This document shows positions 47,369-58,470 of a stretch of DNA of 58,470 bases, piece after piece. Below the pieces are notes generated by a model. It searched no databases, was not told where the DNA came from, and was given only the letters and a program-made list of their open reading frames with translations. The position numbers were made by a program, and so were the translations under genes. The DNA comes from Octopus bimaculoides (Eukaryota), in contig NC_068993.1 of assembly GCF_001194135.2 (NCBI RefSeq), positions 9,585,731 through 9,644,200 of the forward strand. Reading direction: 5' to 3'. Positions within the stretch are counted from its first letter, which is position 1, and every line of letters begins with the position of its first letter.

Positions 47369-49445
47369 TATATATACCTAAAACCAAAGATCACTCACTT
47401 TTGCACAAATCATATCTGGAGGACATAACATGGAAATACTTTGCAATTTCACAACCTCATCTTGCAGGCTTTTCCTCTTTGAGTACCTCCATTATTATGC
47501 CCTAACATTATTCCATATAATCAATTATTTAATTACGTATCTACATATTCAGTCAGTTAATTACTTGTCTATTTAATTAACTGTACATTAATTTTTTTTA
47601 CAATATTTTACCTTATCTCTCTTAAATACTTCTACATATTCATTTTGCCAACAAAAATTACAGCACAAACCATATTTAGTATACTTTCAATTATCTCCCT
47701 TCGAAAGTAGTAGGGAATTATTTCCCCTGCTTTACTGCCCCCACCCTCTTTTTTGTTGTCTCATGTCACATCTAACATTACAAATGCAAGAGCTTGGTGC
47801 CCAATAAGATGTTATGCTTCTATGGCATCTCTATGTATTTACAGTTACACGTCCACACTCTAAACTGCCATACAGCAGGTTAGTTTCCTGAGGGCACATT
47901 ACATGTGGGAACTGAAGCACACCAACTCATGGCACCAGTTTTTATATAACATAGGTGCAGGTATGGGCGTGTGGTAAAGGGTTCAGTTCCACTGCACAGC
48001 ACCTTGTGCAAGCGTCTTCTTCTATAGCCCAAGTCAGACAAAAACGTTTTAAGTGGATTTGGTAGGCAGAAACTGAAAGAAGCCCTTTGTGTGTGTATGT
48101 GTGTGTGCGTGTTTGTCTAACTGTCTAGCCATTGCATGATTGTTGCAAATGACATGTCATTCGTTTCCAATATTCTGCCAGAACATGTTTGGGCCATTGG
48201 GGGAAATATAACATTGCTTGGAAACTGGTAATGGTTGGCAACAAGAATGGCGCTGGGCAGCAGAAAATCAGTCTTGATAAACTCCATCTGACCAATGCCA
48301 TGCAAGCATGGATAAACACACTTTCAGATGGTGGTGGTGATGATGATGATGAACAACTGCACACATATACAAAGAGTTAGAAACAATTTCTACCTATCAA
48401 ATTCCAGTGACGTAGTCAACCCAAGGATAAGACAGAAGACAATTGATCAAGGTGCCATATAGTGGGATTGAGCCTAGTACCATGTACAGCAAAACCACAC
48501 AGCCATGCCTGTAGTTATCTGACTGACCTTGAAAGATGGACAAATTACGGTTAGAAATTTGTATTAAAAAAAAAAAAACAACAGGCATCATGTAGTGCAT
48601 TCTCTTCCACAGAGTTGCCCAACACAACAATCTTTTAATAATGATCCTTTCTATTATAGGCACAAGGTCCAAAATAGGGGTTAATCAATTAGAACAACCC
48701 CATTCGTTACTAACCTGGCCGTAGCCAGCCGAAAAACTTTTTGGTTCATAAGCCCAACCTGGCCATAACCGGCCGAGAGTACCCATTGTTATTTAAATGT
48801 AAATTTGAACCCAAATCTCATTAGTACATTCGTTAAAACACCTGATTTCACTTTGAAAACAGTTGAGTTATTGTATCCGACATTGTTTGGCGTGATATTT
48901 GACCTTGGAAGGATGAAAGACAAAAGTTGGCCGTGGCGAGGCTTGAACTCAGAACACAGTGTCTGATGAAAGACCTCTAGGCTTTTTGTCCAACATTCAA
49001 ATGATTCTGTCAATCTGCTGTCCTTAAATTTTCCTAACATAAGTACAAGGCCTGAAAGTTTTAAATAATGGGGATAAGTCGATACAATGACCTTAGTACT
49101 TGACCGATACTTTATTTTAACAACTGATTGTTAAATCTCCTTCCATACCCATTGTTTTAAAAGAGGAATGAACACATTAGATAATGTAGTCCAAGATATC
49201 CTAGCACAGACAGGATGCTTTTGACCATTGGCCTGTTCAGTCAAGGATGACTTGGGACTAAACCCCAGCATGGCCACACTCCAGTATTTGATTAATACTT
49301 ATTTTATTGACCCTCCAAGGAGAAGATAAGCAAGACTGAATGTGATGGGATTTGAAGTAAGGGGATATGACCAGACACCAAAGTAGTGCATTGTCTAGAG
49401 CTCTACTGACCATTGTCTTCAATTATAATAATCCTCCCTTACTAT

Positions 49446-50323
49446 AGGGCTTTCCTATAAGTAGGTTATCTCCCTTGGCTAGGCGGCGCTCCATGTAGAT
49501 AATTAAACTTCCGGAGGCTACCCACGCCATTGTTATTGTTTTACGTCTTATCATGGATATAAAGCAGCTTGATGATTCAGCTATCGAAGTACTTATTGTG
49601 CCTGAGTTAAAGAAATATTTAAGATTATATGGACAGTATGTTACTGGAAGAAAGGCGGACNNNNNNNNNNNNNNNNNNNNNNNNNNNNNNNNNNNNNNNN
49701 NNNNNNNNNNNNNNNNNNNNNNNNNNNNNNNNNNNNNNNNNNNNNNNNNNNNNNNNNNNNNNNNNNNNNNNNNNNNNNNNNNNNNNNNNNNNNNNNNNNN
49801 NNNNNNNNNNNNNNNNNNNNNNNNNNNNNNNNNNNNNNNNNNNNNNNNNNNNNNNNNNNNNNNNNNNNNNNNNNNNNNNNNNNNNNNNNNNNNNNNNNNN
49901 NNNNNNNNNNNNNNNNNNNNNNNNNNNNNNNNNNNNNNNNNNNNNNNNNNNNNNNNNNNNNNNNNNNNNNNNNNNNNNNNNNNNNNNNNNNNNNNNNNNN
50001 NNNNNNNNNNNNNNNNNNNNNNNNNNNNNNNNNNNNNNNNNNNNNNNNNNNNNNNNNNNNNNNNNNNNNNNNNNNNNNNNNNNNNNNNNNNNNNNNNNNN
50101 NNNNNNNNNNNNNNNNNNNNNNNNNNNNNNNNNNNNNNNNNNNNNNNNNNNNNNNNCAAACCAAAAAAAGAATCCTGACCACAGAGTGTGGGTAATTATG
50201 TCAAATGTCACTGGCAATGTGCATTCAGCTGATTGCAACTGTTAAAGCAAGTCACTGAGCATGCGTACATGTCATACAGGAGAGTTCCAATCAGGGGTGG
50301 ATAACACCTTATAGGAAAGCCCT
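49446..50323 (+). mobile_element. TIR DNA element carrying SAP- and SWIM-like coding remnants (ISL2EU/PHIS-like, non-autonomous)
   Basis: Perfect inverted ends AGGGCTTTCCTATAAG / CTTATAGGAAAGCCCT. ORF from 49553 reads LIVPELKKYLRLYGQYVTGRKAD (SAP-like); after the gap HRVWVIMSNVTGNVHSADCNC* (first half of a SWIM). Family assignment is inference. Confidence 0.65.
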
Positions 50324-52281
50324 ATAGGCACAAGACTTAGCGCTTTTTTTTTTTTTTGCTTAGGATAGGGAGCTAGTCAATGTAATAGTTTATCTGCTAA
50401 TCTATCAGGGTCAATAAATTAAGTACCAGTTACGCACTGGGGTCGATATAATCGACTTAATCCCTTTGTCTGTCCTTGTTTGTCTTCTCTATGTTTAGCC
50501 CCTTGTGGGCAATAAAGAAATAACAGCCAGATCTCCCTCAAACCACATCATACCACCTTAAAAAAAAAAAAATGTTGGATTATGTGGTTCAGTGTCTCCA
50601 ACATGTATGAAAAAGAAATACAGGGTGGCCACATCTGAAATGCCCTTGATCAAAGGTCTGCTCTATCGTGGTTCACCTGTGGCTAAACAATAACAAAGTT
50701 TTCCTTCTTGGAATTGTTCACTGAAAGAATATTATCAATCTGTCTTGCCACAAGCTGCAACGTCCTTGTTATCAAGTCACACTAGCTATAATTACCAATT
50801 CTATTAACTTCACCCTGCAGTTTTGATTCCAGCAAGAACCAAGGCAGAAACATGAGATACCAAGCTAGGTTAACAAAGTATCTAGGCCAGTTGTTTCTCC
50901 CACTATTATTGTGCCAAATTCCCATCATGCTTTTTGGGCAGGATAAATTTGTGATGTAAACTGTGCAATGCAAAAGTAGATTTTGAAAAGGTTAATACTA
51001 TTTATAGCAATGGGGAGGGGAAAAAAGGGGAAGAAAAAAAACAAAAAAACAATGCAATTGAATTTTGATTTTCTGTTTGACTCAAACACAAATATAGAGT
51101 GTACACAACACAGGCATGTGTGTGTATATACCCTCACACACAGGCATGGCTGTGCAGTTTAGAAGTTTGCCTCCCAATGGCATGGTTTCAGGTTCACTCC
51201 CTCAGAGTGGCACCTTGAGCAAGTATCTTCTATTATAGCACCTGACTGACATAAAACCTTGTGAGCAGATTTGGTAGATGGAAACTGAAAGAAGCCTACC
51301 ATGTGTGTGCGTGCATGCTCCAGTGCCTACTTTACTTGATGTTATGCAATAGCTGTAAATGAGTGTCACCGTCATACGAGCGGTGTCCTTCATTTCCAAA
51401 AGTCTGTAAAAACATGCCAGGTCATAAGGAAATATTGCCTTGCTTGGAAACAGGTGAGGGTTGACCACCGGAATGGCACTGGGCTATAGAGAATCTGCCA
51501 AAGTAAATTCCATCTCAGTCGTGCAAGCATGGAAAAGTGGATGTTAAAACAAAATGAGTAGCAGGATCCATGAATATTTCACAGAATTAATGGTAAACCT
51601 ATTGGGTCATTTCTGAAAACTTTATCCAAAAAATCCGAAAGTGTAGCCTGTCTTGTGTCTGTATGGAAAGATAGTCACTCATCTGCTACTCATTGAAAAG
51701 TGAAAGAAATTGGAATACGATGATTACTTAATGCACTTTATAAAAACGCTTTATATATTTTATGCACAATTTTATAGACTTAATTCACAGAACTCATAAA
51801 AATCCTGTACATATGATACAACCTTTAGTTAAATTGCATATATCTACCACGTAAATAAGCGTGAATATTTCACGGAATTGCACTTATGCACATGCATTAA
51901 GTGACAGGTGATATAAAAAACTAACTTCAATAACAAAAAGACATTTTTCACTATCCAATCACCACTGTCATCATCATCTCTCTCTCTGCTTTTCTTTAAC
52001 CTCACCATATGACACTGAGTGTGCAGTAAAGAGACTTCCCTCTATTTGCACAAGAGCCCCAGACCAGCAATTCATTTTGTTCCGAGGTGATCTGAATACA
52101 TGGTATCGATAAGCCACAATGAAGGCAAAATATCGATATCTACTATTCTTGATCACTTAGGGGCGAATTGTCTCGCCTGATCTTGGATACTTGGTGCTCC
52201 TTAACACTCAGTGTTGTGTAGGGACCCTTCCCTGGATGTTATCCAGCAGCGAGTGGGTGTTTAAACAAAACGCATACACTA

Positions 52282-52427
52282 TGTATGCTGTCAACTTAAT
52301 GTGAAAGTCCCCTGAAGGGAATAATACTACTGTTGGTTAGACCAAGGAAGTGGTGCAGCTTCCTAGGTCTAACCAACAGTAGTATTATTCCCTTCAGGGG
52401 ACTGTCACTTTAAGTTGACAGCATACA
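52282..52427. repeat. 146-nt near-perfect fold-back in STK11 intron 1
   Basis: 69-bp stem with 3 mismatches including a perfect 38-bp run (52306-52343 / 52366-52403); 8-nt loop. Confidence 0.95.
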
Positions 52428-52673
52428 ACTACTTCATCGTATCACTACTGCATAAATCTCTCTGAGAGATTTGGAAATGTATTATTTCTAAGGTTGTTAA
52501 TGTTAGGAAATAAACTAAGTTTAACTCAAGACGACATCTTTCTTTTGGCTGGCAAGGGGCTATTATAGAAGTAACTTGTCCAACGTGCCATGCAGCAAGA
52601 TTGAACCAGATACCACATGGTTGGAATGCAAGCTTCTTAGCCACCCAACCATACCTGCACAATAAATAAATAA

Positions 52674-52710
<37 letters not shown>

Positions 52711-54478
52711 CACACACACACACAAGACATATCATAAAAGTTATGACCTGGTTACAAGCAATGGTATATGAATCACAAACTATAGCAGAACAGGGATAAT
52801 TATTTCTACAGTATATAAATCATAAGCAAATAATTTCCTTACTGTGTCAGTGACCTTTCTACTTAAACAAACAGTAAATTCACTAATTAGTAAGACACCG
52901 AAGAAGAACAGCTCGCATACCACAAGTTTTTATATCACACACACATGTACACAAGACGACAACTAAAAGTACACACAAGAACTACCTTACTAAACGAAGC
53001 AGCTTAGAATAAAGGGAGGAAGGGAGTGGGGAATGATAATAATAATAATAATAATAATAATAATCAATAAATAAATAAATAACAACAGAAAGGAAAAAGA
53101 AAGAAGAAACATTGAACCAGAGTAGTGCTATGTTAAGAAGCCAGGCATAGGTAAGTACTGCTAGCTGAAGTATGTTGATAACAATGAAACAATGGTTCCA
53201 AGGTAATATTGAAAAGAAAAGGAAAACATTATGAGGTTGGGGTGAAATTAGTTAGTAATGAAGGACAAATAAGTTAGATGCTGCTGCTTATGATGTTCTG
53301 TAGGAACATGCAAAGACACTTCAGAAATAGCATTTTCTTTCTTTAGATCAAAGCTTAATAGTCCTTAGTGTTTTTCCCTATTGGTGCCAAACCAAGTCAA
53401 ATGGGTTTAACTAAAAGATTACATATCTCTATTGTAAATAAATTCTTCTCCATGGCTCAGAGAGAAATAAGGGGAGCGTAAAAACCAGAAGAGGCAGAAG
53501 TCTATCAAAAGTTTACTTAAGATTGGGAGAGGTAATTCATTGTGTTCTTGAGCAAAACACTTTATTTCATGTTGTTACGGTCCATTAAGCTGGCGAAAAT
53601 GCGTAATCCTATGATGGACTGGCATCCTATCCAGGGGGAACATATACACCACAGAAACCAGAAAACTAGCCTTATGAGTCTATATGTTTCAGAAAGATGC
53701 TTTATCCTTTTAAATGTCAGCTGGTTATCTAACTGATCAGGGCTTTTTTAAGGAAGGAGACACTAAGTTTCAGGATCTTTGTCAATACCACCTAGGGACC
53801 TCCAATACTAAGAGCTTCATAATACCTGCAGCCAGGGTCTTACAAAAATCTTAATCCAGCTCTGGTCCTTATCAATACTTTTTAGAACATTATTATTAGA
53901 TAAGGACACCATCAGGTTTTCTTATCGTTGTTTAGCTCTGCATCAAATTATTTGTTTCTGGTGCGTACCATCACCTCTTTCTTCAGATCTTGCTATTTAT
54001 TGTTGAACAGTGAAATAATTATGAGATAATTCTCTCACAGTCAGGTGAAAAGGAGAAATGAACAACACAAATATTGTTGAATTTTATAGCTCTGCATTGT
54101 GATGCTGGTGGATCTCCTTCATTCGACGACGAGGAGGATTCAGTCATTCAATGAAGTGAATAACCTGCACCCGAATTAACGTGTAAGTGGTTGAGTATTC
54201 CAAAGCCATATACACCCTTGACGTAATTCTCAGGTGAATCAGCGTGACAGTGAATACAAGGCTTAACCTATAGAATTATAGGAACCACCAGTCCAACAGG
54301 CTTCTGTACATTTTCCATCCATCCTGCTTTACTTACAAGGTATGGGTGTATCCAAAGGCCTTAGATAGCAAGATTTACCCTAAAATGCCAAGCAGCAAGA
54401 ACGAACCCAGGACCTCGTTATTGTAAAGTGAACTCCTTCACCGCCTAACCATGCTGTGCTTACAACTCCACAATAATG

Positions 54479-54534
<56 letters not shown>

Positions 54535-56135
54535 GACGGGCTTCTTTCACGTTTTCATCTACCAAATCCACTAATAAATCTTTAATCAGCCCGCGGCTAT
54601 AGCAGAAGAAATTTGCCCAAAGTGTCATGCAGTGGGACTGAACCCCAAACCCTGTGGTCGGGTTCTTACCACACAGCCATAATACCTGCTCCTTTCACAT
54701 TTAAGAAAAAAAAAATTTTTTTTGAATGCCTAACGTTCAGAAGAGAAACCCAACGACCGTTTCTTTTTTTTAAATGCTTAATATATAAAAAAAAAAAAGT
54801 TACAAGGGGATTGTTTAAAGCAAAAACACAAAAAAAAAACGCGCTTAAATGATAAAGTATCGATTAGAAAAACCCCCAATTCATTCTGATTTAAAACCGA
54901 GTTTAATCTTGCTAGTCTAACCTTACTAATAAACCCTCGATCACTTTAACACTTTACCAACTGCAAAGCTGTAGCTTCTCTGCTTCACTCGCTCTGCTGC
55001 CATTTAAGAAACAGATCGAACACCAGAGATCGATTCGATATTCAAATCTTTTACTGTAAATTCGTTGTCTCTGACAATTCTCAACAGTTTGTTTTGTGTG
55101 TGTGTGAGAGAGAGAGAGAAGAAAGACAAGAATATAATTTCCTGGGGGTTAAAAAAAGCTCTTATTTTACAAGATAAAGCAACGACACACACATCTCAGG
55201 ATACACAAATTCAAAATAAAACTGTCAACAAGTAACAATACAACAAACACCAAACAGACCCCCAGAATTGTGTAAGGCCCAAAAGGGGCGAGGAAAAACA
55301 AGAGGTTTCATGTTTACTGTTTCCTTGGGCCTAGCCATCTACACAATACACAATGTTATAGATAACAATACCAGTAAGAGGGTAGGGGTATATAAATAAG
55401 CCAGTAGAGATGCAAAAGTGAAAAATGAGAAAAATGTGTAAAAACATTTTTTTAAATAAAGGGATTTTCATCTGGCTTTGAACCTTAGGAATATACATAT
55501 TTTGTTTAATTTGTAAAAAATTTTGTCCAGCATATCAAAATAGTTCAAAAAGATGAATTACAGGGGACAATAAATAGAAACCTTAAACTTGGGGCCTTTT
55601 CTCTCTCTTTTTTTTTTTTTGGTGGTGAGTCAAATATTTAGCATCAAACATACATAAATTGGTGTGGGGGTGGAGGTATATACTTTTTTTTTCTTTTAAA
55701 ATGTATTTGTTACATGCATGCTTATCAGGTCAACTTCTTTTGGCATTTCCACGGTGGGGAGTGATTTACCCTATATGTAAAAAAGGCTTTAGAGCGTGAG
55801 TAGAAATGTGAAATGGTAAGGTGGAACTGCGAAGGCGATACCTCTTCAAGACGGCATTGATAAATGAAAGAATTATAACCAGAAATGGAAATTGAAGAAA
55901 AAGTGAACCCGGCCGCATAGGGCTTACACTATAACGGGGCTGCGAAACTGCATTAGCCCCATTATAACTCTATGGCGTCTGTCATATAAACACTGAGTAA
56001 TTCCCTAAATCCAAACATGACTTATTTACAAGGGCAGAACGAATATATATATATATATATATGTATAAATACCTACATACTTTACAGAAGTACATGCATA
56101 ATACACATAAATACAAATAGAATTGTAATACCGAC

Positions 56136-56722
56136 CTTTTAACATTCTTAATTCCACTGGGTATCTTCCGAAGTTTTTTCTTCTTGAGGATTTTAACAGC
56201 CCTCCGGCAAAGGTTTTCAGTGTCCAATACCTCTTTCACCTTACCATAAGAGCCCTCTCCCAGAACATCACCCATCAAATACTTGCCGACGTGCTTCGCC
56301 CGACGGCGACGGTACACAATTTGGTCGGAATCAACACGTCGGAAGATGAGTGCTGATGACAGCGGTTCATCGTCGTTAATGAAGTCCAAGTGACCAGGCT
56401 GATAGTAGCTGGACTCTTGGTCAGCTTCTTCGAATTCTCGACGCATCGAGGCCATTTTCTGATCGTACTCGAATTCGTCTAACCCATCTTCATTGCAACG
56501 ACGATAATCCTCTTCATAATTGTCGTGTTCTTCGTCTCCGTGGTCTTCTGCATAGTCCTGTGACAAGCCACAGTGTGTGGTTCCAAGTTCACTTTCTTCT
56601 TCGTCGTCGTCGCCCCCACAGTGAGCTTCTCTGTCCAGAGGAGACACGTCTCCCTGACCGAGTCCACCCTCGTCTCTGTCGTCGGTCATAGGTTGGGTTG
56701 AGAGTTCATTTACTTGATCCAT
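56136..56722 (-). CDS. STK11: Serine/threonine kinase LKB1, exon 1
   Basis: Acidic N-terminus, then [69 protein letters not shown](R); donor AG|GTCGGT, phase 2. Nine exons sum to 1503 nt = 500 aa. Confidence 0.97.
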
Positions 56723-58112
56723 GTTTGATCGTTTTTTATCAGTGAAATATTTGACTTCAATTGTTTATCACTTTGCAGTATTAAAAACAAGCTGCTTGTT
56801 GATTTAATTTTGATGAATTTGTATTTTCCCCCTTTTGGTTATTATCAAGTATACACTGATCCCTTGTTTGTTTTCTTCAAGAAAACAATAACAACACGAA
56901 CAAATTCAATGATTGAAAGCAGATTAAAAAAAAAAAAATATTACATGACAAACGCTTCCATGCGCCTACAAATATAAATATAAAATAAAAAGGTGGGATA
57001 AATGCTGCTTTCGGTTGGAAAACAAAACTTTCGCTTTATTTAGAAGTTTCCGCAGGCAAGGAATAATTTACCTTGAGATAGTTTTTTTTTTTTGTTTGTT
57101 TGTTTAAGGGAATGAAAAAGAATCTTTAACAGGGAACTTTCCAGATGTGATAAAGAAAAAAGTGAGGAGAATGGATAATAAATAATAGAATAAAAAAAAG
57201 TAATAACAATGAAGATATAACAGTGAATTGGAGCGAGAAAGATAAAAACAGTTACGCTGTTTCCTTTTTTTTCTTCTTTTTCTTTTTCAGTTTAAAGTTA
57301 TTTAAATTAAGAAGTGCAACCAAATATTTTTACTCATGTTATTTAAATGAGAAGAGAACTTGTAACCAATATAAATATATATATATTTATACAGACAGTG
57401 CAATATACAAATATATCATATTTTGTGCATATATATATATATATTTAGGGGGCAGCCAAATATATATTTGTGTGTGTTTTATATGTATGTATGTATATTA
57501 TTGCCTAAATTGTTAGGGGTGAGATACTATTGTAGTGTGTACACTAGAAGTGTATATGATAGGCATCAGTAGAAGAGAGAGCATGTATGTGTTTAATTTC
57601 TGCTGTGGTAAACAGATAGATGGATGGAGGATATATATCTATATAAAGTATGTATGTATATGTGTATGTATATATTTGGATGTTGTCCCTTTTTCAATGT
57701 TGACCGGTGATGATGGCAGGAGTAGTGATGGCGGCGGCGACGGCGTAGTAGAAGGAGGAAACGGCACAGGTGAAAATTGCTGCGGTAGTCAACGAAACAT
57801 TTAACAAAGAAGGTACTATTGTTTGAGGAGAGAAAAGTGGTTTCACTGGTGGTAAATACTTAACAAGATGCATAGATATGGTTGTGGCAGGAGTCGGTGG
57901 TAGCGTTACAACAAAAGGAACAGTCGGCATTTGCTTGAAACACATCTCCGACGCCATGTTTTCAACACAATACCAAAGTGAGGCCAGCAACGTTCACGTG
58001 ATTAAAAAAAAGTACAAGGGAGACAACTCAATATTAATTGGATGAGGGTTTTTTTTTTTATCCCCACTTCGGTTGAAAACATATTTGCATGTAATGAGGA
58101 AACACCTAAGGA

Positions 58113-58470
58113 TGTTGTTGTTGTTGTTGTTGGCACTCCGTCGCTTACGACGTCGAAGCTTCCAGTTGATCCGATCAACGGAACAGCCTGCTCCTGAAAT
58201 TAACGTGCAAGTGGCTGAGCACTCCACAGACACGTGTACCCTTAATGTAGTTCTCGGGGATATTCAGCGTGACACAGTGTGACAAGGCTTACCCTTTGAA
58301 CTACAGGCACAACAGAAACAGGAATAAAGAGTGAGAGAAAGTTGTGGTGAAAGAGTACAGCAGGGTTCGCCACCATTCCCTGCCGGAGCCTCGTGGAGCT
58401 TTAGGTGTTTTCGCTCAATAAACACTCACAACGCCCGGTCTGGGAATCGAAACCACGATCCTAATACCGC
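58113..58470 (-). mobile_element. SINE family A, runs off the window end
   Basis: (TTG)n tail then near-identity to the reverse complement of 1610-1994. Confidence 0.92.

Noticed and set aside
13649-50245. Long ORFs in the track that contain X runs
   Set aside because: They are open only because N gaps hide stops. Only the parts assigned above (ASNSD1 exon 5/6 edges, SAP/SWIM remnant) have support.
51974-52156. Minus ORF with G|GTGAGG donor as an STK11 cassette exon
   Set aside because: Weak acceptor, and its phase (2 in, 1 out) would frameshift exon 2.

Overview
AT-rich, repeat-dense, intron-rich animal genomic DNA with many N gaps. The repeat families and microsatellite style suggest an octopus/coleoid cephalopod (inference). 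Three spliced protein-coding genes can be built exon by exon with consistent phases: NDUFB7 (+, 3 exons, 2150-5746, 128 aa); ASNSD1 (+, 13 coding exons, 10436-21823, the 5' part of exon 6 hidden in an N gap); and STK11/LKB1 (-, 9 exons, 56722-26608, 500 aa, ending in CAAX CKQS, with a U12-type GT-AG intron 2 and a 21-kb intron 1). The rest is mobile DNA: a frameshifted ISXO2/Merlin-type transposase, a mariner fragment, five recurring tRNA-derived SINE or LINE-tail repeat families (labelled A-E here), R4/Dong-like and RTE-like LINE fragments, hAT and piggyBac-type MITEs, a DINE-1/HINE-like element and a TIR element with SAP/SWIM coding remnants. The best leads are: (i) strongly spliced leader exons upstream of ASNSD1 carrying an open Cys/His-rich frame at the position where vertebrates encode ASDURF; (ii) a candidate 3-nt microexon in the STK11 alphaC helix; (iii) the GT-AG U12 intron; (iv) two long fold-back hairpins in STK11 introns; (v) a duplicated NDUFB7 splice acceptor; (vi) possible antisense exons inside STK11 intron 1. 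No CRISPR array, rRNA or bona fide tRNA gene was found. All gene models were derived by hand, without transcript data or database searches.
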